A stretch of DNA of 64,000 bases from Haliotis rubra (GCF_003918875.1 NW_025767080.1:496001-560000); one strand, 5' to 3'; counted from the first letter of the stretch, positions 25,892 to 38,081 are shown. A program made the numbers and translations. The notes: a model not told the origin generated them from the sequence alone.

Positions 25892-26018
25892 ATGGTAGAT
25901 GTTGTGTTCCTATGCATTGGTTGTGTTGTCGTCCTTTGTGTCATACAACTACTTCGACTGATCACTGCTGACTGTGACCTGGTGCTACAATGGGCATCAA
26001 AATTTGGAAAATCTCCAA
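25892..26018 (+). CDS. DHRS7: DHRS7-like copy B, first coding exon (N-terminal membrane anchor)
   Basis: ATG follows a ttgcag acceptor at 25885, implying an upstream non-coding exon. Translates MVDVVFLCIGCVVVLCVIQLLRLITADCDLVLQWASKFGKSP, resembling the DHRS7 QLLR...ADxDLxLxW pattern. |gtatgt donor, phase 1. Confidence 0.88.
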
Positions 26019-26329
26019 GTATGTCTTTAAAGTTTTGAAATAGAAATATTGGTTCCACAGATGCAATGAGATGACTGGAAGACAGGATGAGACTGAAAAT
26101 GTAATAAAAACGTGTTATTGAAATGATATTTTCACCTGTATTATGTATATTATGAAACTTAAGGTTGATTATTTTCTGACTAAAAAAACATATTCTGCAA
26201 CTCCGAGTAGTAAAACCTTGAAGCACCCAGATCAGAACTGCAGTTGATATGGTCGTGACTCGAGAAGACTCGGCATCATCTTTACAACCAGATACAGCAG
26301 TCATCCATTGACATTATTTACAAAGATAG

Positions 26330-26700
26330 TAAGTGGCATTTGGCAGACGCAACAGTCATCGAATGAAATTATGTACAATAATAACAAGTGTCATTTGGCA
26401 GACGCAACAGTCATCTAATGAAATTATGTACAATAATAGCAAGTGTCATTTGGCAGACGCAACAGTCATCGAATGAAATTATGTACAATAATAGCAAGTG
26501 TCATTTGGCAGACGCAACAGTCATCGAATGAAATTATGTACAATAATAGCAAGTGTCATTTGGCAGACGCAACAGTCATCGAATGAAATTATGTACAATA
26601 ATAGCAAGTGTCATTTGGCAGACGCAACAGTCATCGAATGAAATTATGTACAATAATAACAAGTGTCATTTGGCAGACGCAACAGTCATCCATTGAGCAG
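26330..26700. repeat. 55-bp minisatellite, left block
   Basis: aagtgtcatttggcagacgcaacagtcatcgaatgaaattatgtacaataatagc, ~6.5 copies. The array resumes at 27320..27480. Confidence 0.92.
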
Positions 26701-26704
26701 CAGT

Positions 26705-27318
26705 CATTTCATTTATATACATATATACAAATACCCGTATATATATATATTTGTATAGTGCTATAGTCCATCCAGCTTGCATGCTCAAAGCGCTCGTGGA
26801 AGTGACACACTCCTGAGCTGATATACTGTACAAACAGTAAAAAAGGTCTCAACAGAACTGGAAGAGTAATATTTAGCAAACAGGTGGGTTTTTAGCTGGG
26901 ACTTAAAAGAGACAATAGTTGGTGAATTATTTGTTGCAGGAGGTAAGTGTTCCAAAGTATTGGGGCTGATGCACTGAAAGCCTTTTCACCAAAGGGTTTC
27001 AGTTTAGTTCTTGGACCAAACAAGAGATGTTGGTGGTCTGACCGGAGGTTTCTGGGGGCCTTGTGATCTAAGATTAGTTCACTGAGATATGCTGGAGCTA
27101 GGTCATGCTGACATCTATAAGCAAGACATAACGTTTTGAAATGGATCCTTGCCTCTACGGGCAACCAGTAAAGATCTTTCAGAACTGGGGTGATGTGTGA
27201 CCGTTTGGACGTCCTCGTGAGAATTCTTGCTGCAGTATTTTTGATTTTTTTTAAAGAGATCGTGGTTGATGCCATAGAGGAGACTGTTACAATAATCTAG
27301 TCTTGACATGATTACAAT
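26705..27318 (-). mobile_element. 3' fragment of an L2 (CR1/L2-clade) LINE
   Basis: Minus strand encodes SRLDYCNSLLYGI / NTAARILTRTSKRSHITPVLKDLYWLPVEARIHFK...LAPAYLSELI...RNLRS, typical of the L2 ORF2 C-terminus, with frameshifts. 3' end has GCGCTTTGAG...GCACTATACAAAT and a simple-repeat tail. Confidence 0.85.
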
Positions 27319-27319
27319 G

Positions 27320-27480
27320 TACAATGATATCAAGCGTCACTTGGCAGACGCAACAGTCATCGAATGAAATTATGTACAATGATATCAAGTGTCACTGGCA
27401 GATGCAGCAGTCATCGAATGAAATTATGTACAATGATATCAAAAGTGTCATTTGGCAGATACAACAGTCATCCATTGAAA
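27320..27480. repeat. 55-bp minisatellite, right block (diverged)
   Basis: Same unit as 26330..26700 but with a gatatc variant. Confidence 0.85.
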
Positions 27481-27886
27481 TTAATTACACTTCTGCTGGT
27501 AGCAAGTATCAGTGGAGAAGAGTTGGCTTCCTTTGAAATTCTAACTCTAAAACTCTAAAACTACTTGAATGATCTTCACCAAATTTGTTATACTGCCTCT
27601 CCATATCATGTAGATGTTCCTTTCAGGGTTTGAGTTGTTTGAAGTTGTTGATGAATCTCAATAGAGCATTAATGTTAAAGCGTATCATATATCAGTGACT
27701 TCGTTCTATAAGAACCAGCATAAGTGTTGATTTGTTTGTGATACAACAGCTGTGATTAGAGCTGTAAACGTGTACTATTACTTCATAAATTTTCTAAAAT
27801 ATTTTATCCACACGTCATGTTAAAGCTGTAAATATGTACTTGTTCTACAACTATTTGCTATAATGTTTAATCTATTCCTACACCAG

Positions 27887-28036
27887 AGCGCCTGAGAGGT
27901 AAAGTGGTGTGGGTGACTGGGGCCTCCAGCGGTATCGGGGAGTCCCTCGTTTACGAGCTGGCATCTGTTGGATGTCGTCTGGTGCTGTCTGCCCGTCGAG
28001 AAGAGGAGTTGAACAGAGTAAAGAAGCAATGTCTGA
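27887..28036 (+). CDS. DHRS7: DHRS7-like copy B, exon 2 (Rossmann TGxxxGIG)
   Basis: caccag| acceptor and |gtacgt donor. Translates (K)[49 protein letters not shown]. Confidence 0.95.
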
Positions 28037-28235
28037 GTACGTCCAGTAGCCTTGAAACTAGTCAGTGAGATCTCTGTACGTCCAGTAGCCTTGAAACTAG
28101 TCAGTGATATCTCAGTACAACCAATAGCCTTGAAACAAGCCAGTGATGTCTCAGTGTGTCCAGCTACCTCGGAACTAGTCAGTGATGTGACCTTGGAACT
28201 AGTCAGTGATGTCTCAATGACCTTGGAACTATTCC
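28037..28235 (+). repeat. ~39-bp tandem repeat starting exactly at the exon 2 donor of DHRS7-B
   Basis: gtacgtccagtagccttgaaactagtcagtgagatctct, ~5 copies, decaying 3'. Confidence 0.8.
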
Positions 28236-29223
28236 CAGTACAGAGGCGGATACAGCTTTTTGAGAAAAGGGGGGTGTGGGTGTTTGGGTGTGTATGTGTG
28301 TTTGCACACTCTTGAGAAAGGGGAGGATGTGCGTGTGTGTGTGGGTGTGTGTGTGTGTGTTTTTTTGTTTGTTTTTTTTTTGCACACTTCATTTTCACTT
28401 TCAGGACTTCAAACATGGATATAACATAAATGATGCTCTGTATGGTAATCTAGAATTACCTAGATCTATAAATCATGATATTCTCTAATCAGTACATAAC
28501 TTTTTTGGCCCTTCAAGAAGATTTAATCAAATTTAAGTTTTCACCTGGCCCTTTGCAGATCTAAAAGTAATTTTGCTGTATGGATGTTTTATTCATGTAT
28601 AGTGTATGCTTAATGTTATTGATGATGTCATGTACTTTTGTAATAATGTTATGAAATGCAAGTCGCATAAATGCTAAAATCGTATCACATTGTAGATATA
28701 GGCTATAGCCCCTAAACAACAAAATCTCACGCAACAGTGCCTAATGCTAATTACCTGGCTCGCATTTCTCACCTAGCCATAGACCTTTCTGGTTAGACTC
28801 TGGTTAAGTTAGATTGAACCGCGTGTGCACCCCTACAAACCAACCAACCCCCAACCCCAACTCCCTTCCCCTCTGGATCCGCCTATGGCAGTAGGCTTGG
28901 AACTTTTGTCTTTAAGCAAAATGTGTGTGTTTAGTCCTACTGTTGTGTCCCCATGCCCAAGTGACGTGTGGACCAGCCCTACGGGTGTTGTCCAGATCTC
29001 CTGACATCTGTACAATACTGATATGTGTTCACACCTTTGGGAGCATGTTTTCGGCAGGCGTTCTTCTGATGTGTGTGGTGTGTGTATTCCTGGCGATGCA
29101 TGTTTCCTGATATGTGTGTTCCTTCTTTTTTGGATACGTGTTCCTTCCCTACTGCCTTACTGATGTGTGTTTTTTACCAACTACTGTATGTATCTAATGT
29201 GTGTATGTGTGTTTTCCTGCCAG

Positions 29224-29330
29224 CATGTGGCCCGCTTCAAGACAATGACATCATGGTGGTGCCATTGGACATGGTCAAGCAACATGAACATGCAGACGCT
29301 GTCAAGAAAGTCCTCCAGCATTTTAAACAG
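29224..29330 (+). CDS. DHRS7: DHRS7-like copy B, exon 3
   Basis: ctgccag| acceptor and |gtactt donor. Translates (T)CGPLQDNDIMVVPLDMVKQHEHADAVKKVLQHFKQ. Confidence 0.92.
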
Positions 29331-30077
29331 GTACTTCCGTGGTCCCATGTGCCCATTTCTGTGTACACAGTTACAAAGAACTTCTGTTGTCAGCCTCCAA
29401 TATTACAAGACATCAGAATACTTTAGCTTGCCCTAAGGAAATCTGTTACTTATTAGCTGTCTGAAACAGGACTGGACTACTGGGCATCTTCTATGCAAAT
29501 ATTTAAAGTATTAGGGATTCATATTCTAAGGGCTTCTTGTTGGACACATGTCATGGTTAGCTCTAAAGTCAAGGTCATGACGAAAAGTTATTTGCTCTCT
29601 CTGGACTCTTTACGCACATAACATTAAACATTAAGGCCTTTCTACACTCTGTAGGATGGAGCCTTGCTTTGCAAACGATTTTGTCACAGGTTAAGGTCGG
29701 GGTTCAAATGTTTAGAAAACACAATTAAACATTTCAATTTCTATCACATATTTATATGTTTCTCAGCATGGCCTACCACAATGCCTGCTAGATTTTTGTC
29801 AAAATGCAGATCTTCTGTGAGGTAATTTTGACATACGCACGACATGTACTGACATGGACTTATTCATGGTGAAGGGTTGCTTCTGATTTTGCAAACACGT
29901 CAAGTTTATCATGGCGTTACCTGTATGCTGACAGTTTGTGATAACTGATATCATGAATTTAACAATGAATAATTACTAGTGATGGTGCTTGGACAAAAAT
30001 ATAAAACTCTTACATGAAGAAACGAGGAAGAGAGGATCAATGATACCAATGTTGAGGATGTATAATTTACTCTTCAG

Positions 30078-30270
30078 ATAGACATTCTGGTGAACAACGC
30101 TGGCCGCTCACAGAGAGCTGAATGGGTCAAAACATCCGTTGTCGTTGATCGTGAGATGCTGGAAACCAATGTCCTGGGACCCTTATCACTGACTAAAGCT
30201 GTCCTTCCCGACATGATAGCTCGGAGAGACGGTCACATTGTGGTCATGAGTAGTGTTGCTGGGAAAGTAG
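30078..30270 (+). CDS. DHRS7: DHRS7-like copy B, exon 4
   Basis: cttcag| acceptor and |gtatgt donor. Translates IDILVNNAGRSQRA...MSSVAGKVG. Confidence 0.95.
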
Positions 30271-30536
30271 GTATGTTAAGTTGTGCTTGTGGAGGCATAT
30301 GGTGACAGACTTGAGTTAACTCACAGATGTGGCTTTCATCATTTGGGGCCACATTGTGTATGAGATGATTACAGCATTTCATTTGATTTACACACTCCTG
30401 GAGCTGTAAAGGACATAGCTCAGCCCAGACAGCCATTCAAGTCATAACCTTTACAGCTGATCGTTTGATGTATTTTGTTACTTTGCTACTGACAATGTCC
30501 GAATGACAGAAACTGTTACAGACTTTTTAATTGCAG

Positions 30537-30583
30537 GGGGGCTGTTGCCAGGATCGTACACAGGGACTAAGTATGCACTCCAC
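30537..30583 (+). CDS. DHRS7: DHRS7-like copy B, exon 5 (YxxxK)
   Basis: ttgcag| acceptor and |gtaagt donor. Translates (G)GLLPGSYTGTKYALH. Confidence 0.92.
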
Positions 30584-30719
30584 GTAAGTCATTGTCTTTT
30601 TTTTTGCCTCGTCTGCTAGAACCTAAATAAATTATCCCCCAAGTTTATGTTCGATAATCAAATTCCACCCATTTACATTCTGCAGCAATTATATAATGAG
30701 ATGTAGTATCAACACACAG

Positions 30720-30839
30720 GGCTGGTTTGAACGTTTGCGGATTGAGCAGTATTCCGACAACATCAACGTGACGATGGTCTGTCCTGGGCCAGTCTATTCC
30801 AACCTACTAGCTATTGCCATGACTGAGGAGAAAGGAAAG
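30720..30839 (+). CDS. DHRS7: DHRS7-like copy B, exon 6
   Basis: acacag| acceptor and |gtagga donor. Translates GWFERLRIEQYSDNINVTMVCPGPVYSNLLAIAMTEEKGK. Confidence 0.92.
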
Positions 30840-30884
30840 GTAGGATGGTGAACACTTCACAGGCCACTTATGATCCTAGTCCTA

Positions 30885-32951
30885 GTAGAGCAATTCAGAA
30901 ATTAAAATTAGAAAAAAGTCATGGTTATGATGGTATTGTGAATGAAGTTTTTATCTATGGTGCTGGTGTTCTGGTTCCTACTTTAACTGCATTATTTAAA
31001 AGGTTATTTTCCCCATGAGTGGACTAAGGGAGTTACTGTACCCATCCATAAGAAGGGCAGCAGGTATTTGCCAGATAATTATAGAGGTGTTACATTGTTA
31101 TCTTGTTTCAGTAAGTTATGTACAGGTATCTTGTGTGTTAGAGTTTCAAGTTGGTGTGATAAGTACAGTATACTCGTAGAGGAACAAGCTGGATTTAGAG
31201 AAGGCCATAGCACTGTTGATTGTCTCTTTGTTCTACATGGACTTATAAATATAGCTCTTGAAAAGGGCTTAAAATTGTATTGTGCTTTTGTTGACTACCG
31301 TAAAGCGTTCGATTATGTGAATAGGAATGCAATGTGGTATAAGTTATATCATTTGGGGATAAGTTCTAAATATTTGACGCTACTTCAGAAAATGTATAGT
31401 GATGTTAAATCTTGTGTGAGACAATCAGATGATGCTTATTCAGAACTCTTTGCTTCTGTTTGGGGAGTTCGTCAACGCGAACATTTATCACCGATTCTAT
31501 TTTCGCTCTTTGTTAATAATGTTGTAGAAGCTTTGTCACCAGCTAGATCTTGGTGTCTTGGTTTTTCACGTACGCTTGTTATTACTCCTTTTTGCAGAAC
31601 GACATGGTTATATTTAGCAACAATATTAAAGGTTTGCAGGATGGACTGGATAAGTTATCTGAATACTGTTATCAGTGGTGATTGGTTGTTAATACTGAAA
31701 AAACAAAAGTAGTGGTATTTCGTAAAGGTGATAGAATTGCAAAGTGTGAAAAATGGTTTTATAACGGCGAGGAAATAGAAGTAGTGGGGACCTTTAAATA
31801 TTTGGGATTAGTGCTGTCATCATCAGGAAGTTTGTCTAAATGCACAAAAGACACTAGCTGATCTAGGTCTAAAGGCGTTAGGATCACTGTATCGGATATT
31901 CAATAATAATACCCATACATTGGTCGATGTTCAGTACCACTTATTCAGTTATACCAGTTCTTTCATACGGTTGTGAATTGTGGGGTTTTATGGAGGCTAA
32001 ACCTGTCGAAAGAGTTCATTTAAAGTTTATGAAAAATATATTAGTCGTTAAGAAATCAACACCATCTGCATTTGTTTATGGCGAACTAGGTGCATATCCA
32101 CTGATAGTCCACAGGTTGATTAGGATTTTAAAATATTGGAAGAAGATTTTAGAGTGTAGTGCACACAGATCTATAGTACTGATTTACAATTCACTCTTGT
32201 CATTATCTGATTTGCACCCTTATGGTAAAAATTGGGTAACATTATTAAGAGATACACTATAAATTTGGCTATGGTTATTTATGGGTTTCTCAGGGATTGA
32301 GCAATTACCATGGATTTATAGCAGAATTTAAACAGCGTATTTATGCTATTTACTCTCAGGTGTGGAAGAATGATTTAAATTCTTTGAGTGAACTAGATTA
32401 TATTTGCAAATTAAAGATTGTATAAAATTTGAAAAGTATCCAGTACATATTGATATAAGGAAATATAGAATTGCTCTTACACGGTTCAGATTGAGTTCAC
32501 ATACACTGATGATTGAAAAGGGCAGATGGACTACACCTAAAACACCATTACACGATCGCCTGTGTCCATTTTGTGTGAACGATGTTGAAGATGAATACCA
32601 TATCTTGCTCATTTGTCCAAAATATTTAAAGGTATAAGAAATCGTTATCTACCAAAGCATGTCATTGCCAGACCAAGTATGATAAAGATTGTGAACATGT
32701 TACAAACTAATAATGTACAACTATTGATTAGTATTGCTAAATGTGTTTATCATATCTTTAAAATGGAAAGTACCATAAATATGCTGTAATTATTTACTCT
32801 TGGGTTACCATCCCTCATTTCTTGGTTAAATTATTGTATATCAAACTATATATGTACATCTACAAATACCCACGACTGTGCAATCATACAAAAAATTTGC
32901 AATCGTTGTTTTTGGCCCATGGCCTAAATAAACCTTCTGTCTGTCTGTCTG
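30885..32951 (+). mobile_element. 5'-truncated, degenerate non-LTR retrotransposon (RTE-X-like) in DHRS7-B intron 6
   Basis: Broken RT frame: NYRGVTLLSCFSKL, EEQAGFREGHSTVD, LYCAFVDYRKAFD, GVRQ..LSPILFSLF, PVLSYGCELWG. C-terminal RLSSHTLMIEKGRW..RLCPFC..VEDEYHILLICP zinc knuckle. Ends aaataaaccttctgtctgtctgtctg. Absent from copy A intron 6. Confidence 0.88.
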
Positions 32952-33091
32952 CTAAGACTGTCTTGCCTACCTGGTTATGGCTTGTTGTAAGGTGCAAAGG
33001 TGGTGTGGTACCTAGTGGTTATTGTTATAATTCCTCTGCTGTGATGTCACTCACTCACGTAACATATTGTGATTCTGTGTTCTCTGATCAG

Positions 33092-33258
33092 GTCGTGGGA
33101 GGTGAGATGGATGCAGGAGAGAAGAGGATGGCGACGTCCCGGTGTGCTAGTCTCACAGCAGTCGCCATCGCCAATCAACTGGATGAGGTGTGGATTTCGT
33201 TTCATCCGGTACTGGCCTATACTTATGTGTATCAGTACCTGCCTTCCATCGCAAGAAG
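33092..33258 (+). CDS. DHRS7: DHRS7-like copy B, exon 7
   Basis: gatcag| acceptor and |gtgagt donor. Translates VVGGEMDAGEKRMATSRCASLTAVAIANQLDEVWISFHPVLAYTYVYQYLPSIAR. Confidence 0.92.
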
Positions 33259-33565
33259 GTGAGTCTCCATTTTGCCTCCTCCACATACACCTTCCAGTGC
33301 CTTCCTCTCCAAGGTGAGTTTCTCCTTACCTCCCACATACATCTCCCAGTTCCTTTCTTCCTCTCCAAGAAGGTAAGCCCCCATTCACTTCCTCCACATA
33401 CATCTCCCAGTTCCTTTCTTCCTCTCCAAGGTGAGCCCCCACTCACCTCCTCCACGTACATCTCCCAGTTCCTTTCTTCCTCTCCAAAAAGGTGAGCTTC
33501 TGTCTACCTCCTCCACATACATCTCCAATTTTTTTCTTTCAAGAGATGGTGAGCCTCCATTTACT
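33220..33565 (+). repeat. Minisatellite derived from the exon 7 end and donor of DHRS7-B
   Basis: Units of ctccacatacatctcccagttcctttcttcctctccaag(aag)gtgagc. Homologous to 4445..4858. Confidence 0.85.
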
Positions 33566-33975
33566 TCTTTGTAAGATTTAGCAACTTTATTTTGTGAATC
33601 AAGGTACACAGTAAACTCTCGAGTTTGAAACTTTAGTAATGAAGTGACCAGGATTACCTGTTGTCCAAAATACTGAGATATCTAGGAGTTGTTCAGTGTC
33701 AGTCAGGTAAGTGAAGTCAGATGTGGAAAAGCATTTAATTTCCTGAGAACCTGAAATAGTCTGTTAGTTTATCGTTAATATATCATCTGCCAATTAAAAT
33801 TGCCAGACATCATTTGACTTTTACACACATACTCTTCATCAATTATGAGCTTGCATGAAGACACAGTTGTCAAATGTACATTAGGCAGAAGTGGTTATGT
33901 AATTTGGAACCTCTGATTGAGCAATCAGGATGAAGATACTTGCCAATACTGAGTAGAATATGTTGCATTTTTCAG

Positions 33976-34030
33976 CCAGGCCTGTAAAAGGGGTATATTC
34001 CAATTCAGGAAGAGCAGAGAGGGTCAGTAG
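33976..34030 (+). CDS. DHRS7: DHRS7-like copy B, last coding exon (joined CDS 966 nt, 321 aa)
   Basis: tttcag| acceptor. Translates (S)QACKRGIFQFRKSREGQ-TAG. All eight exons join in frame with no stops. Confidence 0.87.
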
Positions 34031-34863
34031 AGCTACCTGCGATGCCAGCTCGACATTTGACAGGATAGTCCACTGACCACACATCTGTGAAGTTAAACCC
34101 TGAAACCATTCCAGTGAAATGGCCAAGATTTCTGAATGACTGTTAAAGAGACAATGTCCCTATTTATAGCTCTGTTTCTGAATCCAGTGGTGTGGTAATG
34201 ATGGTTTTCAGTTCTCATGTATTTAAACAGGATGTACATACTATATATTACTGTATAACCAAGCTTGTTCCCCCATGTATTGACAGATGTCAGTACTTTC
34301 ATTTGGAGAATCTGTTAAACTCTGGGCACCGAAGTGTAATGCTTCTCAAACAAGAGTGGAATAGGATGATGTCTAATGTTTATTGTAACTGATTTGTTGA
34401 TGGGGAACTTTGTGTCATATTCACAAGATGATGATGTGACTGTAGATCTCATCACCATGGTGACCCCGCCATGAGATTACTGAGATGAATATTGCTGGAA
34501 GTATTGTAAAACCATACTCACTTAACCAATATCTAAAACATGTTTCTATTAGTTCACTACTCACATTCACTTAATAACTTCTAAAACTGCTTCATGCTTG
34601 TCATTCAGACTCCATTCACTATGTAAACGCTCATGGGGCTACATTATCTCAACCTTTTGGATCAGCATGCTCTCAAATCTCATTCTCTTCCTCATGGAGA
34701 GGATAAAAGCATTCGGATATGAAGTGCTAGATGGTTAACAATCACATTACAATCTTATTCTTCCAGGTACCCATCTACTGTGGAATGAGCAGCGACATAC
34801 TTTGACCAAAGTCTCTGCTGAGAAGCTGTCAGACTGCTGTGTATTATATGCAACTGTAAAAGA

Positions 34864-34869
34864 AATAAA
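34864..34869 (+). promoter_or_regulatory. Candidate polyadenylation signal of DHRS7-B
   Basis: AATAAA ~830 nt after the stop, followed by GT-rich sequence. Confidence 0.45.
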
Positions 34870-35034
34870 ACAAATTGAAAATTTATAGAAAATATGTCTT
34901 AGTTGAGGTTAACTTGTGTTGTGTCTTGAGACTTTCACCAACTAATTAGAAGCGCTTTTTTATGGTAGTGGCATAGAAGTGATTTAGTTAGAAACAACAC
35001 AAACCAAACCATCCCAAATTTATTCATTGCCCTC

Positions 35035-35210
35035 AACCATGAACAGTCTTATTGGACACTGTATACGCAACCTGTAAAGTCTTATTGGACACTGTATACG
35101 CAACCATGTAAAGTCTTATTGGGCACTGTATACACAACCTGTACAGTCTTATTGGACACTGTATACGCAACATGTACAGTCTTATTGGACACTGTATACA
35201 CAACCTGTAA
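35035..35210. repeat. ~33-35-bp minisatellite
   Basis: agtcttattggacactgtatac(g/a)caacc(a)tgta, 5 copies. Confidence 0.88.
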
Positions 35211-36691
35211 GGACTTCCTCTGTAGAGACATTCAAGGTGTAAACCAGTAGTACGCAGCCACACTCTAGACATTTACACACCAGGTCCCCAACCATTCTTA
35301 GCAGTTCAACTGTCAGAGACTGATGACAGTCATAGCCTTAATGTTTTGTGGGCTGGTTCCTGGTACTCGGAAACTCTGTTAGTCCTGGTGGTAAAACACC
35401 CACTACAACCCAAACTGACAAATCATGGTTACAGAGTAACTACATGTTCTTAGTAACATTTCTTGCAGTTATTGTCCAGAAGATGGAGCTGTGGATAAAC
35501 AGGGTTCCAGACTACACAGGTTCTATTGTTGAACCGCTAGGGCAAGTGTATTGCACCTCCACATGTTCTGTATGTAGGTGAAAACATGCCTCTGTGTATT
35601 TGGTTGAATATGTAAATACCTCGGGGCACTTAATAGCATGTGGGGTTAATAGACATTCCGATGACAGTGGTTTATATTATCAACCAAACCGAGGACAAGT
35701 GTTTTCTGTAACTCATATGCCATTGAAACAACATTTATTTATATTTGTTTAACAGTATGTATAACAATGAATTATGATGGTCTAAAGAAACACTTGTAAA
35801 ATCGGGCCAGGAAACAGGTTTTACTGGGTACCTTCTAATGAACCACCTATTTCCTACAGGCTTGTGGTCTGATGGATCACAGTGCCTGTCTACGGATCTG
35901 ATTACATGGAGCAAATGTACAATGAGTATCAATTCTTGTCTTCATGTTTTACAACATTGGACATCGGAAACACTTTCCAAATTTCAGCTTCCTGGAAAAA
36001 CTCATAGCAGGAACTGGATAAAGTAAAAGCATGCATGACATCTTAGTTTGAAAATACAGAAGTGTATTCCAGGCATGCCTGTCTGCAGGGAGAACAGTTT
36101 GGCGCAATGGCGGGTATAAGTACATAGGTTTATACCCTGTCAGAGGAACGCCTATAACATGACATGTATATCTCTGAGAATTTGTGGTTTACAGAAAACA
36201 GGCCATGTGTAAAGCCAATATACAAATGAAAATAGGTACAGAAAATCATTGTTCTTAAATTTGGATAAAGTTAAGCCCAGTTTGCATCACCCACTTTGTC
36301 TATCAACTGGCACTTGTCAACAGATAAGTAACAACAGTAGGAGCAGACACTTTGTATCAAATGTATATTGTGTATACATATATAACAATCTTCAGAATAT
36401 CAGAAAAATTGTCAGTCCTGAAATAACAATAAATAATTAAAAAAAAGATAAGTTGGAATATTTGAATTCATAACCAAAAGTAACTACTTAATTAGCTAAA
36501 TACCCCAAATTTGTATGAAACACCATCAACTTCTGACAGAACTTCTCTTTGAGTCAGTTACAAATATAATTTTGAAAAAAACAAATAGTTCCATTTAAAC
36601 TGAAAAGGAGCCTCAGTGACATAGGAGATTCAGATACTAAACGGAGCAGTGGTTTAGGAGTTATGTTTGGTACAAAAATCGGTGGAATAAT

Positions 36692-37286
36692 AAACAAGAA
36701 GACAAAGTCATCAATATCCCCTGCAATGGCAAAATACTCTTCATGATTATGTCTACAAGTTATGATTATGTCAAATATTTTGGTATGTATATAGAAAAGT
36801 GGAAGGAGAGTATTGAAAGGTTTTTTAAAGTTCTGCTCCAGAAAGCAGCACTATTACCAATTTCAGTCTATGTCAAACTTGTTGCCATGGAAATGCCAAA
36901 AATATTTTATTCAGAAATCCAAAACTACCAAAAGGCACCAGTACACCACCAGATCTATGTATGTCCCAAGTTTGGTGAAGAAACACTGAACGGTTTTAGA
37001 GTTCTGCTGTGGAAAAGAGCACAACCACCAATTTCAGGCTAAGTCAAACTTGTTGCCATGGAAATGCCAAAAATATTTTATTCAGAATTCCAAAACTACC
37101 AAAAGGCACCAGTACACCACCAGATCTATCTATGTGCCAAGTTTGGTGAAGAAATAGTGAACGGTTTTAGAGTTCTGCTCCGGAAAAGACAAATGTGCAC
37201 GGAGGGATGGACGGATGCGCGCACGCACACACGCACACACGCACACACGGACAGAGTCCATTTTAATACCCCCCCGCAAAACGCGG
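36692..37286 (-). mobile_element. Helentron/DINE-1-like (HINE) non-autonomous element with ~178-bp internal tandem repeats
   Basis: aaacaag terminus. Two copies of gtcaaacttgttgccatggaaatgccaaaaatattttattcagaa...aaaaggcaccagtacaccaccagatctat. ggacggat/gcac microsatellite, then a cccccgc..gcgg palindrome. Shares motifs with 49921..50404. Confidence 0.65.
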
Positions 37287-38081
37287 AACAATTACAATAG
37301 GTCTCCTGCCTAGAGGCAAGGAGCCCTAATTAAAACAGTATTCCTAATAATTAAAGTTTAAATTGGAAAATTTATTTAACTTGTGTTAATAAACATGTTA
37401 ACGTTCATAAGAATGAGATTTCTATAAATGAAGTTTTCATCCACTTCAACAATATACTAGTAACAACAAAGGACATGACATGATAACCCCACGTGAGTGA
37501 GTGAGTGAGTTTTGTTTAACATGACAGTGAACACTTTTCCAGCTATATCACAGAATGTCACCTTGATGTTTGAAGACACCTGAAGTGATGCAGGTCTGGG
37601 ACATTAACCTCTCAGTGTAACCCCCGACCATGGGTATAGTGCTGACAAACACATGATTGGGGCAAACCAATACATGAGGGTATCAAACAGCTCTAGTGCT
37701 TCCAGTAAATACATGTAATTCACATTTGTAAAATTGCATAGATGTATTCAACATGAATAAAGCATTGATTTATCCACATCTTGAGAAATATGACCGATAT
37801 TCTAAAAACAATAATAAGCACTTGATATAAGGCCAAATCAATAAAGATCTGTTTCAGTTAACAAACTGTAACAGGTATAGGTAGGTCATGTTCCAGGTCG
37901 GTAAACCAGCATGAGGAGCTTCCTTGACAGTACGATACAGGCGTGATATAAAATACAGGGATGTACCTAAAAATACATGGGTGTCTGATAAGACTAAGTA
38001 AAACAAATCTGTCTCACATAACCCACACAGGTTTTTTTCCTTTTTAAGCTCAATTTTAGGAAATAAACTTTGTTAACAAAG

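Noticed and set aside
26330-26700. CRISPR-like array (also considered for the 64- and 66-bp arrays)
   Set aside because: Units are contiguous with no unique spacers, there are no cas genes, and the context is a eukaryotic intron.
31068-32637. Functional reverse transcriptase gene or retron-like system
   Set aside because: Multiple frameshifts and stops, no intact YADD/FADD motif, and 5' truncation mark it as a dead LINE.
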